Below, piece after piece: positions 12,629 through 34,170 of a stretch of 64,000 nucleotides of DNA. The stretch is taken from contig MCFH01000045.1 in NCBI GenBank assembly GCA_002104945.1, positions 310,001 to 374,000 of the forward strand. Direction: 5' to 3'. How positions within the stretch are numbered: the first letter of the stretch is position 1; each line of letters opens with the position of its first letter. The notes under the pieces are model-generated. The model did not search any database and was not told the origin of the DNA. It saw only the letters and a program-made list of their open reading frames with translations. Made by a program: the position numbers and the translations under genes. This DNA comes from Piromyces finnis finn. Taxonomy: Eukaryota > Fungi > Neocallimastigomycota.

Positions 12629-13641
12629 TTATAAAACATCATCATCGTCGTCATCATCGTCATCATCATCATCGTCATCAGGATCATTATCTATATGGCC
12701 ATTATTTGCATTATGTAATTCTAAACTTAATTTGCAAACAAGTGGATACTAATAAATTAAAAATAAAAAAAAAATTATTTAAAATATAATCAAAATAAAA
12801 ACACCATATAATACTTAATCAATTCATAAATAAACTAATACTTACATGATCTGAAAGTAAATGTGTACCATATTTCGTAGTATCAACATACGATGAATTT
12901 GGTAAAAGAGAATTAATATGTTTTATTAAAACATAATCAATTCTTGTCTTATTTGGGAATTTATTTAAATCACCGGTAAAATTATGGTATGTACCCATAT
13001 TAGAATCAGGATTCAACATTTTATAACAGTCATTCCATCCAGTTTTATTTATATAATTTAATATAGGCTCATCTGCATCTTCTACATTAAAATCACCAAG
13101 TAAAATAACTTCATATGTTGGGAAATTATCTTCAACATGTTGATTAATAACTTCCATTGATTTTTGACGAGCGTATCTTGAACGATATTCTAAATGACAA
13201 TTATAAATAATATATCTATTCAATAATTCTCTATTATTTAGTTTTTCAAATACACCATAAGTACAAACTCTTGGGTGATAAGAATCCCAGCTTGGAGTTC
13301 CTGGAATTTCTGGTGTATCACTTAACCAAAAAGTATCAGAGTTATAGAGACGGAAAACACTTTTATCGTAAAAAATAGCTGAATATTCACTATTTTCATC
13401 ATTTATACTTCTCCCTATACCAACATAATCCAAGTTTGGAACATTTTTTTTTATGTCCTCTAATTGGAATTTTTGACCTTCTTGGGTACCTATTATACAT
13501 GGTTGAGCTTTTTTAAAAAATTCAAATACAGACTTACGACGATATTCCCATGAATTTTGACCATCTTTGGCTTTTCCTAATTTACAAAAAATAAAAAATT
13601 TAATATGATATAAAATAAAATTAAACATTTAATATTGATTT

Positions 13642-13680
<39 letters not shown>

Positions 13681-14261
13681 TAAAACTTTTATTTAAAATT
13701 TTAAAATTTAAAATATTATATTAATATCTTGAATTTCTTTCTCTTAATAAATATTATGCAATGAAAATAATAATAAAGACTAATAATATTTAATTAAAAT
13801 CATTTTAAATTTCAATTCTATTATACTTTAAATGAATTTCTTAATTTTTGTAATATTAAAATAAAATAATAAAAAAAAAACTAAAATATTTATATATATT
13901 GTATATATTAATTCATGAAAATGAATATTTAAAATAATAAAAAGAAAAAATACTAAATTCAATGATTTCTTAAATATAAAGATAAAAATAAATAGATTTA
14001 ATAAAGTATATCAAAAGAAAATCAAATACATTAAATAAATTGTTATATTTCATTTATATTTTCTATTATTGATAATTAATTTGCAAGTTTTACATAGTCT
14101 TTATACTTACCATATCTTAAGTTAAACGTTATAATTTTAACAGAATCTTCGTCTGTATCAACACCAATAATAGGTATATTTTTTTCTCTTTTTATAGAGG
14201 TTAAAAATAACAAAAATATTATTATTGTGAAAGCATAAATTGTGGTTTTTATTTTCCCCAT
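12629..14261 (-). CDS. Endonuclease/exonuclease/phosphatase (EEP) family hydrolase, bacterial-like subtype, N-terminal hydrophobic anchor, poly-Asp tail; 3 exons (14261-14111, 13576-12846, 12748-12629)
   Basis: TFNLRYG-KAKDGQNSW, IIGTQEG, NCHLE, LLGDFN, RIDYV and SDH|YP (the last split by intron 2) are the EEP catalytic motifs. Confidence 0.85.
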
Positions 14262-14742
14262 AGTTTGTTTGATTAATAGATTATCAAAAATGAAAATAAA
14301 AATTCTATATTAAATTTGATATTATTTATTTAATTGTTATTGATAAAATTAATGTATTTTTTTTTAGAAGAAAAAGAAAAAGTTATTGTATTTTACTTTT
14401 CATAACATTTATGTTTAATGTTTAGTTTTGTTAATTTTTTTTTTTTTTTTTTTTTTTTTAATGCTTATAAAATTAGTGATAAAAATTAACAATTTAATTG
14501 TAAATTATATTCTTTTTTTTTATTTATTAATTTTTATTTTAAAATTTATATTTTATTTTTAGGAATTTTAATAATACTATTATAAATCATTTAAAATGAA
14601 TATTGTTTTAATTTAATAATAATTATCTATACTTTTATTCATGTTAAAAATTTTAAATGTTTTTAATCAAAACGTTCTTCAAATATTTTATTATTATAAC
14701 TTTTAATATATTTTAATAATTAAAACTACATTTAATTTGTAT

Positions 14743-14777
<35 letters not shown>

Positions 14778-16583
14778 GTGTGGATAAAATACAATAATTT
14801 AATTGGTAATTTTTTAATTTTATAGAGTAGTTTTATATATATTTAAAAATTTAATTTTGTTAATCATGTTACTATACTTTTTTATACTTTTTGTTTTAGT
14901 GAGCTATTCAATAAAATAGTTTAGTATTTAAAGAATTTATTGTTTTTAATTCTTTGTTTTTACTAACAACACTATTACCATTATTATTGCTATTATCAAT
15001 GACACAATAAATTCATTCATATTCACTTTTATATAAATTATTTTTTCTTTGTATTAAAAAAAATAAGATGATTGGGCATTTACTTATTGTTATATATTTT
15101 TTTAAAAAACAATTAAGAATATTATGGAGGATGGAATTATAATTCCAAAATAGAAATAAAAACAATAATAATATGCGTATATATATAGTAATTTCATGAA
15201 TAATTTAAACTAATAAAAAAAATGATAAAAACAAAAATTAAAAAATTACAAATTGTTATATGACAATTAAAATTTAATTAGTAGCATACTAAAAGCTTTT
15301 CTCATTATAGAGGAATTTATTTAAAGGTGAAATTTTTAATTTTGAAACGAAAAAAATAAAAATAAAAATATTATTAATATATCTTATTTTAAATATTGTT
15401 TTTTATTTTAATAGTTGATAAAGATATTAATATTTAAATTCAAAAAAATTACTTCTTTTTTTTTCTTTTATTGTCGTTCATCTTGAACTACAATTAAGAA
15501 AAAGTTTTTATTGTTACACTTTATGAAATTTTTACAAAGAAAATCATTATTACTAGCCATAAATTATTGGATATATTTCATCCATGTGCCACAGTAATTA
15601 TAATGAAAATGTTCCATATAATTTTTTAATGAAAAAAATAATAGTAATTATAGTACATATAATTATTAATATAGATTAATATAGAATTTAATTAATTATT
15701 AATTAACGGACTAAATAAAAATATCAAAAAAATATTTATAAAAATAAAAAAAAAAAATTGGTATAATAAAAAAAGAAAAAAAAGTTAGAAAATAGTTAAG
15801 GTTAGAGAAATATACGATAAAAATTTTTTTACTATTTTATTGTGTTTTTGTATTATTATTTTATTTTGTTTTATTATTATCTTTGTATTTTTATTTATTA
15901 AAGTATAAATTAAATCACTTTTTTTTTTTTTTTCATCTATAATTATTTAATTTTAAAATTTTAAAAAAAAAAAAAGAAACCTACAATTCTCTTAACGTTT
16001 TATAATAAATAAAAATATTTTATTTTATTTAATACATTATAAAGTAAATAGAGGAATTTAATAAGTTTTTTTTTTTTTTTTTTTTTTACTTTTTGAATAA
16101 ATAAAATAAAATATTATTAATTATAAAAAATATAAAAAGGTATTTATTCCTTTTTATATTTTTATTGTTTTCTTTTTTATAGTTAGTATAAAAGTGTATT
16201 GAATTTTAAATTTAAATTTTTGTAATTCCATATCCTTAATTTCAAAACTAATACAAACATATAAAGCTTTTCTAATGGCAACTTAAAAAAATGTTTTATT
16301 TCATTTCATCTTATTAATTTTTCAATTATTTTTAAAAGTGGTTGTCACATAATTATTAATTATAAAAGAATATATATATTATAAAATTTTTTATTTTTTA
16401 ATTAATAATTTAAATATACATTTTAATTTTAAGAAATTAAAAATTAAAAATCGTAATCAATAGTAATATTTCATTTATAAACTATCAAATAATAATTTTT
16501 AATAATATAATATTGGAATAATTTTGAAAAATAGTTTTTTTAAGGAAAATTTAATTTTACTAAATGAATAACTTTTATTAAAT

Positions 16584-24729
<8,146 letters not shown>

Positions 24730-26054
24730 AAGAGGTGAAAATAAACATTATTCTTATTTTCATATATACTATAATTTGCAGTATTATTATTAGTAAAGAA
24801 AAAATAGAAAATAAAAATACTAATTTATTTTCAAAAAAAGAAAAAAGAAAAAAGAAAAAGAAAGAGGGGATAGTAAAAATTATTGTTGTTGTTATTATTG
24901 AAAACATTAACTATTATCAATTTAAACATATAAATATCATATTTTTAAAATATTTTTTTTATTATTCTTATTATTATTATTATTATTTATTTATTCATTT
25001 ATTATTCATTATTTTTCAGTAATATAGTTTTTTTATTGTTTGTTTGTTTTGTTTTTTATTATAAATATATTCTTAAAATGTACAATTTTAGTTTTTATAT
25101 ATTATTTTTTATATATATATTTAGTTTTTTTTTTCTTTTTTTTTTTTTTAAAAAAAAAAAAAAAGTTTAACAATTGTTTTAAATTTAATATATATTTTAA
25201 ATTTTAAAAAAAAAAAAAAAAGCCATAAGAATATATCCAAATGAAATAAATAAAATACTTTAATTATAAAATAAAATATCTCTTTATATTTATTTGTATG
25301 TTTTTTTTTATTTTTTTATTTTTTAGTTTATTCATTTAAAATATTTTTTTATACTATTTTTTGTGAAACATTTGAATTGTGATGTAAAAATATTTTTAGT
25401 GAAACCTTCACCATAAAAATTTATAAAATATTAAAAATATACCATAAAATTTAATATAAAATTTTTTTTAATTTTTATTATTAATATTTTAAAATTAAGA
25501 TTAAACTTTATATACAAAAAAAGAAGAAAAGATACACCACACAATATTAAAATTAACCAAAATTATAAATATTTTTTTTTTTAAAATAAAATACTTAAAA
25601 AAAAAAATTGAAAAAAAAAAAAAATTAAAAATTTTAAGATTGTTTATAAACTATCTTAAAATATTATAAAACCAATAATAAAAAGTATATATATAAAGTA
25701 AAGAAGATGAGAAATTGAAAAATAATAAAAGTATATACATTTATCATTCAAAATATATTAATATATATCAATTTAAACTTCAAAAGAATTATTTATTAAT
25801 TATTATCCTACCTACCTTTTTTTTTTATTTATTTATAGTTTGTAAAATAAAGATTCAATTTATAAAATTAACAAAAAGAAATATCAATCTATTATTAAAA
25901 AATAATTATAATTGAATTTTGGATTAATAATAAATAAACAATTTTAATAATAACTTCTTTTTTTTTTCTCAAAAATCTTTTGAAACACTATATAACAATT
26001 ATTATAAAACAAAATAAAGTTAATATATATGTAAAAATAAAATAAATAATCAAA

Positions 26055-28020
26055 ATGTTTCAAAAAAAATATTTATTTATGTACTTTGTTGCCTTTGTGG
26101 CATCCCTTGGAGGTTTTCAATTCGGTTATGAAGTTGGTATTTTAGAGTAAGTAACAATACTATTATTTTTGTTAAATTTAACTTTATAAATTAACTTAAT
26201 AAACTATATCCTAAATAGTTTGGCATAAGAAAAAAGTATTAATGTAATGAAAAAAAAAATTTTTTTCTTTTCTTATCTTCATTATTATTTTATATATATT
26301 CCAAAAATACAAATAGATCTATTAAAAATTTCTTAAACTTCAAAACCGATTTTCCACTATTATACGATAAACGTTTGGAATTAAATGCAGATAATAATGA
26401 ATATACATTTATATACGAAGAGAATAAACTTAAAAATGCATTTTTATTATCAGTATTTTGTATTGGTTGTGTCATAGGAACTTTAATTGTCCCATTAGTT
26501 TGTGGTAATGTTTCTGTTTCATAACTAAAATATATATATATATATTACAAAAGTGATAAAATGAAAATTAGATAAATAAAATTAAATAAAATATAATAAA
26601 AAATAAAAAAAGGATTATTAAAAGAATTATAATATTAAAATATAGTGGTAATTTATTATAGAAGGAAAAAATAATTTCAATGTTATATAAAGTATATTGA
26701 CAGTAAATACTCTTATAAATTATTATTATTAATATTATTTTTAATTAAAAAAAAAAAAGATTTCTTCGGTCGTAAAAGAACTATCTTATTTGGCGCTGCT
26801 ATCTTTGGTTTTGGTAGTCTTTTTGCTGTAAGTAATATATACTAAAATAAAAAAATAAGTTCATATAAACAAATAACAAAATAGTAGTAATATAATTATA
26901 TTTGTACAAATAATAAAAAATATTTTTTATATGTTATTTAAATAGGGTATTATTTCAGATTTATGGTTATTTTATATAACAAGAATTATTATGGGTATAG
27001 GTATTGGTCTTCTTTCAACCATTTGTCCTGTATATATAGCAGAAACAGCACAAACAGAAAAAAGAGGACAATTAATTACTTTATATCAGTTAATGATTAC
27101 TGTGGGTATTTTATTAGCCTATGTCACAAAATCATTTTTAAATTGGATTCTTTCCACAGATTCACATGTCCAATGGAGAGTCGTTCTTGGTAATCAAGTT
27201 ATTCCAGGTTTTTTCTTATTGGTAATAATCAAAATCAAAATGAATATAGACATAAAAGTTTTTCTTAATTAAATATTAAGAATGAAATAAGAGAAAGAAA
27301 GGAAAATTGTAATAATAATTTCATTTTCCATATATTTTGTATTTTATAAATAGATTATGATGTTCTTCTTACCATGTTCCCCAAGATATTATATATGGCA
27401 AGAAAGAGATGATGATGCATTAAGAATTGTTTCAAAATTACGTGGTATATCTACTACACGTGATCCAGAAATTCAAAGTGAATTTCAATCTATGAAAAGA
27501 TCACTTGAAATTGAAAAGCATAAATATTCTATTTCCTGGAGCGAATTTTTATCTAGACCAATGTTAAAAAGAGTTCTTATTGTCATGGGTCTTCAAGCGC
27601 TACAACAATTTACTGGTATTAATTTTATATTAAACAACCATCAAAATATTTTTGATGAAATATTTTTCGGTAATAATTCCAATAAGGATAGTATTGAAAA
27701 CCTTCCTCTTATATTAGGTTTTGTTAATGTAATTATTAATGTCATTGGCACACTTCCTACCTTTTTCTTAATCGAAAAATGGGGTAGAAAAATATTATTA
27801 ATGGTTGGTAGTGTTGGAATGGCTTTAACTTTAGGTATTAGTTCTGTTGCTGATTATATTAATAATAATAATAATAATAGTAATATAATATATTCGTATG
27901 TTTCAGCCTGTGGTATCATCTTATTTATTCTATTTTTCGCATGTTCATGGGGACCTGTAGTTTGGGTTTATCAAAGGTACTATTAAATTTTAATTTTTAA
28001 TTTAATTAAAATATTTTTAA

Positions 28021-28051
<31 letters not shown>

Positions 28052-28548
28052 GTGAAGTATTCCCAATGAGAGTTAGATCCAAAGCTGTTGCTTTCTGTTC
28101 CTTAGCTAACTGGTAAATTTTATAAAAAAATTTTTTTATTTATCGAAAAAAAAAAAAAAACTCATTAATCATATCAAAATCTAATCATTTAATTAACCAT
28201 ATATACTATTCAAATTAATATTATGATCATTTTATTCCTTTTTTTTTTTTTTCAATTTTCTTATTTTTCAATGTCTTATTTTTTAATACTGTATAATAAT
28301 TTAATAGGTCATGTTTTGCTTTAATTGCCACTGTTTACCCTTTAATAGAAAAGTCATCAGTAAATAATGAAAATCAAAAAAATAAAAATAGAGGTTTAGA
28401 AGCTTTTCATGTTAATTTTATTTTTGCTTGTTGTTGTCTATTTTCCTTATTATATGTATTAATATTTGTTAAAGAAACAAAAGGTGTGGTTCTTGAAGAT
28501 ATGGACTCTGTTTTCGAAAGTAGTAAAGAAAAATCTAAACAAAAATAA
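26055..28548 (+). CDS. MFS sugar porter (hexose transporter family); multi-exon
   Basis: SLGGFQFGYE, DFFGRKR, PVYIAETA...RG, LPCSPRY, LQQFTGIN, IEKWGRK, SWGPVVWVYQSEVFPMRVRSK, VKETKG. Confidence 0.92.
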
Positions 28549-28860
28549 ATTTAAATATTATTATAATGGCATAAAATATAAATCTAGAAATAAAATAAAA
28601 TAAAAACATTTCACAATAAATCATAAATAATAAAAGTAAAAAAAAAAAATAATAAAAAAAATAAAAATAAAAAAAAAACGCCGTTTCAAACAATAAATTT
28701 ATATATAACTTCAAATTTAGAGTTAGTATATAAAATATAAATATTATCAATATTAATAAAAAGATTAAAAAAAATAAATTGTAAATTTAAAGTATTAAAA
28801 ACTAGTTAAGCATATTATATTATATTATATTATTAGGATAAATTATTATTCATCAGTTTG

Positions 28861-28917
28861 TTTATTTATTTATTTATCTATTTATTTATTTATTTATTTA
28901 TTTATTTATCTATCTAT

Positions 28918-28952
<35 letters not shown>

Positions 28953-28957
28953 TCTAT

Positions 28958-29016
<59 letters not shown>

Positions 29017-29018
29017 TT
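28861..29018. repeat. (TTTA)n microsatellite with occasional TCTA units, about 158 bp
   Basis: Directly visible tandem array. It generates the spurious FIYL-repeat ORF in the track. Confidence 0.95.
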
Positions 29019-29957
29019 CTATATAGTATATAGAGTTGTAATTTTTAAATTATATATCTTAACTTTTTAATTTTACCAAATTATGAAAAAACTAAAAAAA
29101 AAAACAAAGTTAAGGTTTACAGAATTATAAATTGTTACTAATTTTTTTTTAATATTTTTCCATATAATAAAAAAATTAATATTAATCCTATTTTAATATT
29201 TTAAACATAAATTTACTATTATTATTAATACGTATCTTTCTTTAAAACAAAATTTAATCTTGAAAAATTACAAAATTCACACTTTAAAATCAAAATCTTT
29301 TTTATTATTAACTATTATATATATACAATTAAATAATAATAAGTATTTATTTATTAAAAGCTTTTAAAAAAGCTGTTAATAATATTAATGATCATTTTTA
29401 TATGAAATGAAATCTTGATTAATAATATTTTCTATATATATATATATATATATAGAAAAATGTATGTTTATAGGAAATATATATTTATAATGAATATTAA
29501 TGTATATATTTAGTTATATACTACAATATTGTTTCACCTTTATAAATTACTAATATTAAACTTTAATATAAAAAAGTTAATTTAATATATATATGTATAT
29601 TTTCTTTTTTATGAAAAGAAAAAAAAAAGTAAAATAGCAAAAAATTCTATACTAATAATTTTAATTTTGGAAAATATTTGATAAAATGAGTTATAATATT
29701 ATGACTTGAATATTAATTTTTCATTTTTCATTTTTTTTTTTCATTTTTGTTTTAATATGTTTTTTAAGTTTGATAAATAAAACTTTTTAGCATTAAGTAA
29801 AAATTTATAATTATTGATTATTGATAGAATTTATCAAATGTGAGTTTATTAATGGTTTGATTAAATATATAAAACTAAAAAGGGAAAAAAAAAAAAAAGC
29901 ATTGGTGTAATTGCGATTCGAAATATAAATGGTGCTTTTCATTTCTAAATCATAAAA

Positions 29958-30729
29958 TTAATTTTTTTTATTACATTTTCTCTTAGCTGTAACTTTGGCT
30001 TTCATTGTACTTGTTTTTGGGGAAGCCTTTTTTGGAGCTGCTTTAGTAGCTGCTTTACTGGATGTTTTAGTAGTTTCCTTAGTAGTTGCATCATCCTTTT
30101 TTGTGGTAGCTTTTGATTCTTTTTTCTTATCTTCTTTAGCTTTAGTCTTAGTAACTTTCTTTTCAACTTTTTTCTCAACCTTCTTTTCAACTTTCTTTTC
30201 AGCCTTCTTTTCCTTCTTAACTTCTAGTTTCTTTTCTTTTTTTTCTACAGGCTTTTTTGCTAATTTCACTAATATAAATAATATATATAATTAGAAAACA
30301 ATTAATTTTAAACTTTTTTACTCTTATTTTCAATATAAAAAAAAAAATATGAATTAAATATTTACATGGCCCACTAGTACCCTTTGGTTGAATGAAAATA
30401 CCTTTTTCAACACAACTCTTAATTGTATTTCTAATAAAAGCATCAGCATTATCAGCAACCTATACATGTTTTTATTTATTAAATAATATATATATATATT
30501 AAGAATAAATTCGATAATTTAATTAAAATGAATACATAGATATTTCTTATTATTATTGTCTTTTGAATAAATATCAAGGAAATACCTTAAAATTAGCATG
30601 AATATATTTCTTAATAGCTTGACGACTACTACCGTTTCTTTCCTTAAGATTAACAATAGCAGCTGTGATCATTTCCTTGTATGTTGGGTGTTCGGCTTTC
30701 TTAGAAGCGGCATCCTTTCCAGTAGACAT
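29958..30729 (-). CDS. HHO1: Linker histone H1; 3 exons
   Basis: Globular domain [30 protein letters not shown]...[15 protein letters not shown] followed by a Lys-rich tail. Confidence 0.92.
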
Positions 30730-31372
30730 TTTTCTATATTTTTTAATTATTAAACTAGTTATTCATGGTTAGTTTTTATGAATGACAATTATTTTCCGTT
30801 ATTTTAAAAAAAAGAAATTGATTTTTATAATAAAAATACAACAATATAACAATATTTTTTTTATCTCTCATAATGTTTATTTCTTATCTTATTTCAATTT
30901 CCATTTATTAACAATAATAATTAAAATGAAAACAATTATTTTTTTTGAATGTGATCTTTTAATTGCTTAAATTTCCCTTTATATTTTTTATCAAGTTAAA
31001 ACTTTTGTTTATATTTAAAAATATCTCTTTTCCCATTATTTTTTTTTTTTTACTTTTTTTTTTTTTTTTTGCTTATTTTAATTAACAAACTAAACAAATA
31101 AAATATAAAAAAAGCTAATAGTTTTATTTTCATAATAGATATATTCTCTTTTTAAAAAAGAAAAATATACTCAATTTGTATTATCAAAAATTTACCTGTT
31201 CTGTATTCGTTTATATTTTTATAAAAATAATATTATTAAATATTATTTCTTTTATTACTTTTCTTTTTTATATTATTTGTTTACTTTAACTATACTAAAG
31301 CTAAATAAAAAAAAAAGAAAGAAAGAAAAATATAAAGGAACTTTTTTTTTTTCTTAGTTTTAATAAAAATTT

Positions 31373-31412
<40 letters not shown>

Positions 31413-32540
31413 CATCAAATACAAATAATAAAAAATATATAAATCTTATTAAATATTTATTATTTAATCTTATTTTTAATGAAATAGTAAAAAAAAAAAA
31501 AAAAAAAAAATTAAAATTTTAATTATTAATTTTTATTTTATAATTGAATAATAAAAATAATAATAATAGTAGTAGTAGTAATACTTGAATTTTTCGATGT
31601 TGAATATTTTAATAGCAATAGAAAATGATTATATTTACGTATTCACTTCATTGTAACAATAAAAGATAGAAAAGGCTATTTGTCGATACTATACTTTATT
31701 TTTAACATCAAATTATCAATAAAAAAAAAGTAGAGAAATATTTAACTTTTGATGTAACATACTTTTAATGATAAATTAAAAAATATGTCATAAACTAAAA
31801 TGGCTTTATTATCATTAATAAATAATATAATTACATTATTAATTATTACAAAATTGGTATTATACGTTGATTTATGGCTTTATTCTATTTTATTGAAGAT
31901 TTAAAGTTAGGTTTAATAGGAGAAATTTTAGAAAAATCAACTTTCATTATTTTTGGTAGAATAATAATAATTAATAATATTAAAAATTTTAAATTTAGTA
32001 TTATAATTTTTTATTATAAATTAAAATTTTTATTAATAAATAAAATGTAATCATTTGATTTTTTGTATCTAAAATTTTAAAACTATAATTAATAATATAT
32101 TTGTATAAATATATCAGAATATATTGATTATAAAATAATAATAAATTAATAAATGTTAATTTTATTTCCTATTAAAATAATATTAATTTAAGATGGATAT
32201 TAATTTAAAAGGTACCAAATTATTTTTTTATGAGTCGATCCTATGATTTTCAATACACTGATAACACGTGTATATTATATTTTTATGTATCATTATAATA
32301 TATATAGAGAGTGTGTCTATTTTATTACTCTTTTTTGAATTATTATTATAATACTGTAGAATGATATAAAAATCCACTTTAAATAAAAACAAAATACATA
32401 TGTAAAAGATAACCATCAAAGCTTTTTTTTTTTAATGAAATAAAAGGAAAATTTTAATAATTATTTATTCAAAAAATAAATAAAAATAAAAATAAAAAAT
32501 ATTCTTTGTATTATTTCCTCTAAATAGAGTTAATAATTAC

Positions 32541-32582
<42 letters not shown>
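32541..32582. repeat. (GAT)14 trinucleotide microsatellite
   Basis: Directly visible; lies outside any ORF, downstream of the coiled-coil gene. Confidence 0.95.
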
Positions 32583-32585
<3 letters not shown>

Positions 32586-32919
32586 TAAATTTCAATAGGA
32601 AAAACAATAATTCCATTCAAAAATTCAAAAGTGAAAAGATAATATTTATTTTTATATTTTTTTATTAAAAGAAATCATTCTTATAATTCTGGTTTTAAAT
32701 ATAAATATATATATATAAAGAATATATATTAAAAATCATTTTTAAAAAAAAAAATAAGAAAAAATAATAATTTAAAAAAATATTTTTATAGATTCTTATA
32801 TAAATAAAAATAGTCAGTATTTATATTTATAGATTATTATTATTATGGATCAATGTTTTTTTTTTATATTACTATTTGCTTTAGGTTCGTCTTTTATTTT
32901 CTGACAGATGTCGTTATTT

Positions 32920-34170
32920 TTAAACTTTAGCTTTTTCTAATAATGAATTAATTAAACGAAGATGTTCTTTTCTTTGAGATTGGTATTCAGCAATTTTTAT
33001 TTTATCCTTTTCGTGTTGTTCAGTTAATATACGAATTTGTTCCTCTTGAGCTTTAACAACTAACTTAAGGTATGGAGCTTCATTACTCATATCAGCTATT
33101 GAAGAACTAGTACCGATACCACCAATAGTTCTTCTTCTCTTACTACGACTCATACTACTAACACTGGTGAGTGAAACAAGACTCTTATTCTTTTCAATAG
33201 TACTATTAGCCATCTTTAAAGACTTTTCTAAATCTTGAATAATACTGGTTTGTCTTTCAATGGTTTTTTCTAATTCTTCAATTTTTTCTTTTTGTTTAGT
33301 AATAGTTGAATTTAATTGTTCGACAAAGATCTTATTTTTGCTTTCTTCACTTTCAAGCATAGCCTTTTTAACTTTTTCTGCTTCTTCAAGTTCAGAAATA
33401 AGAATTTCATTAGATTGAATAGTCTTTCTTTGTTCCAATGTTTCATTTGTAAGTTGTTCAATGTATTCCTTTAAGTTTACATTTAATTCAGTTTCAGCTT
33501 CTTCTGAGGATGGTGCAGTAACCTTACCTTCACTATCCTTTTTATTGACTTCGGTTTGATTGTTTTTGTAGATTACATTTAATTTTAATATTTTGTTATA
33601 ATATTCATTAACAGATTCTTGAAGAGTAATTTTACATTTTTCTAAGCATTCAATCTTTAATGCTTGTTTTTTAATATCTTCTCTTAATTTTTCATTAGCT
33701 AATATTAAAGTATCATTTAAACTTTCTTGTTCATTAATTTTTTCATTAACTTTAGTTTTTTCAGTTTCCTTTTCAAATTTAAGATTGTCATTCATTTGAT
33801 GAAGGAGACCAATTTTTTCTTTTAATACAGTATTAACTTGTTCTGCTGAAGCTAATTGATCTTTAACATCTTTAATATTTTCGTCTAAAAGATCTAATTC
33901 TTTTTTAAGTTTTTCATTTTCAACATCTTGTTCAAGAACAATTTTTTGATATTCTTCACAATTATGACATTTAAAGAAAAAGTTGAGGAAGGAACGTCTT
34001 TTATTCAATCTTAAATTTCTCTTAAGTGAAGCTTTTTTATCAGTGTGAAAACTTCTTCTTCTTTTTCCAAGTTTTGTTGAGGATAATGTGGATAAATTAG
34101 CATAATCATTTTCAATGTCTGAAAGGTCAGATACTGAAGAAGCAGAAGAAGAAGGAATTGAGTATGGCAT
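32920..34170 (-). CDS. Hypothetical coiled-coil protein, single coding exon, 416 aa
   Basis: Long uninterrupted ORF in very AT-rich DNA with E/K/L/Q heptad-like composition and basic N-terminal patches. No family recognised. Confidence 0.75.
   Translation of the reverse strand: MPYSIPSSSASSVSDLSDIENDYANLSTLSSTKLGKRRRSFHTDKKASLKRNLRLNKRRSFLNFFFKCHNCEEYQKIVLEQDVENEKLKKELDLLDENIKDVKDQLASAEQVNTVLKEKIGLLHQMNDNLKFEKETEKTKVNEKINEQESLNDTLILANEKLREDIKKQALKIECLEKCKITLQESVNEYYNKILKLNVIYKNNQTEVNKKDSEGKVTAPSSEEAETELNVNLKEYIEQLTNETLEQRKTIQSNEILISELEEAEKVKKAMLESEESKNKIFVEQLNSTITKQKEKIEELEKTIERQTSIIQDLEKSLKMANSTIEKNKSLVSLTSVSSMSRSKRRRTIGGIGTSSSIADMSNEAPYLKLVVKAQEEQIRILTEQHEKDKIKIAEYQSQRKEHLRLINSLLEKAKV

Noticed and set aside
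16230-16239. ATATCCTTAA upstream of INO80 as another U12 donor
   Set aside because: There is no convincing branch site plus AC/AG downstream and no coding constraint. Similar 8-mers occur by chance near 2155, 12429 and 54659 in this AT-rich window.
28858-29070. 70-aa FIYL-repeat ORF
   Set aside because: It is the translation of the (TTTA)n microsatellite.
29995-30294. Hydrophobic ORF on the + strand and an alternative-frame ORF at 30002-30190
   Set aside because: These are antisense or frame shadows of the Lys-rich histone H1 tail.
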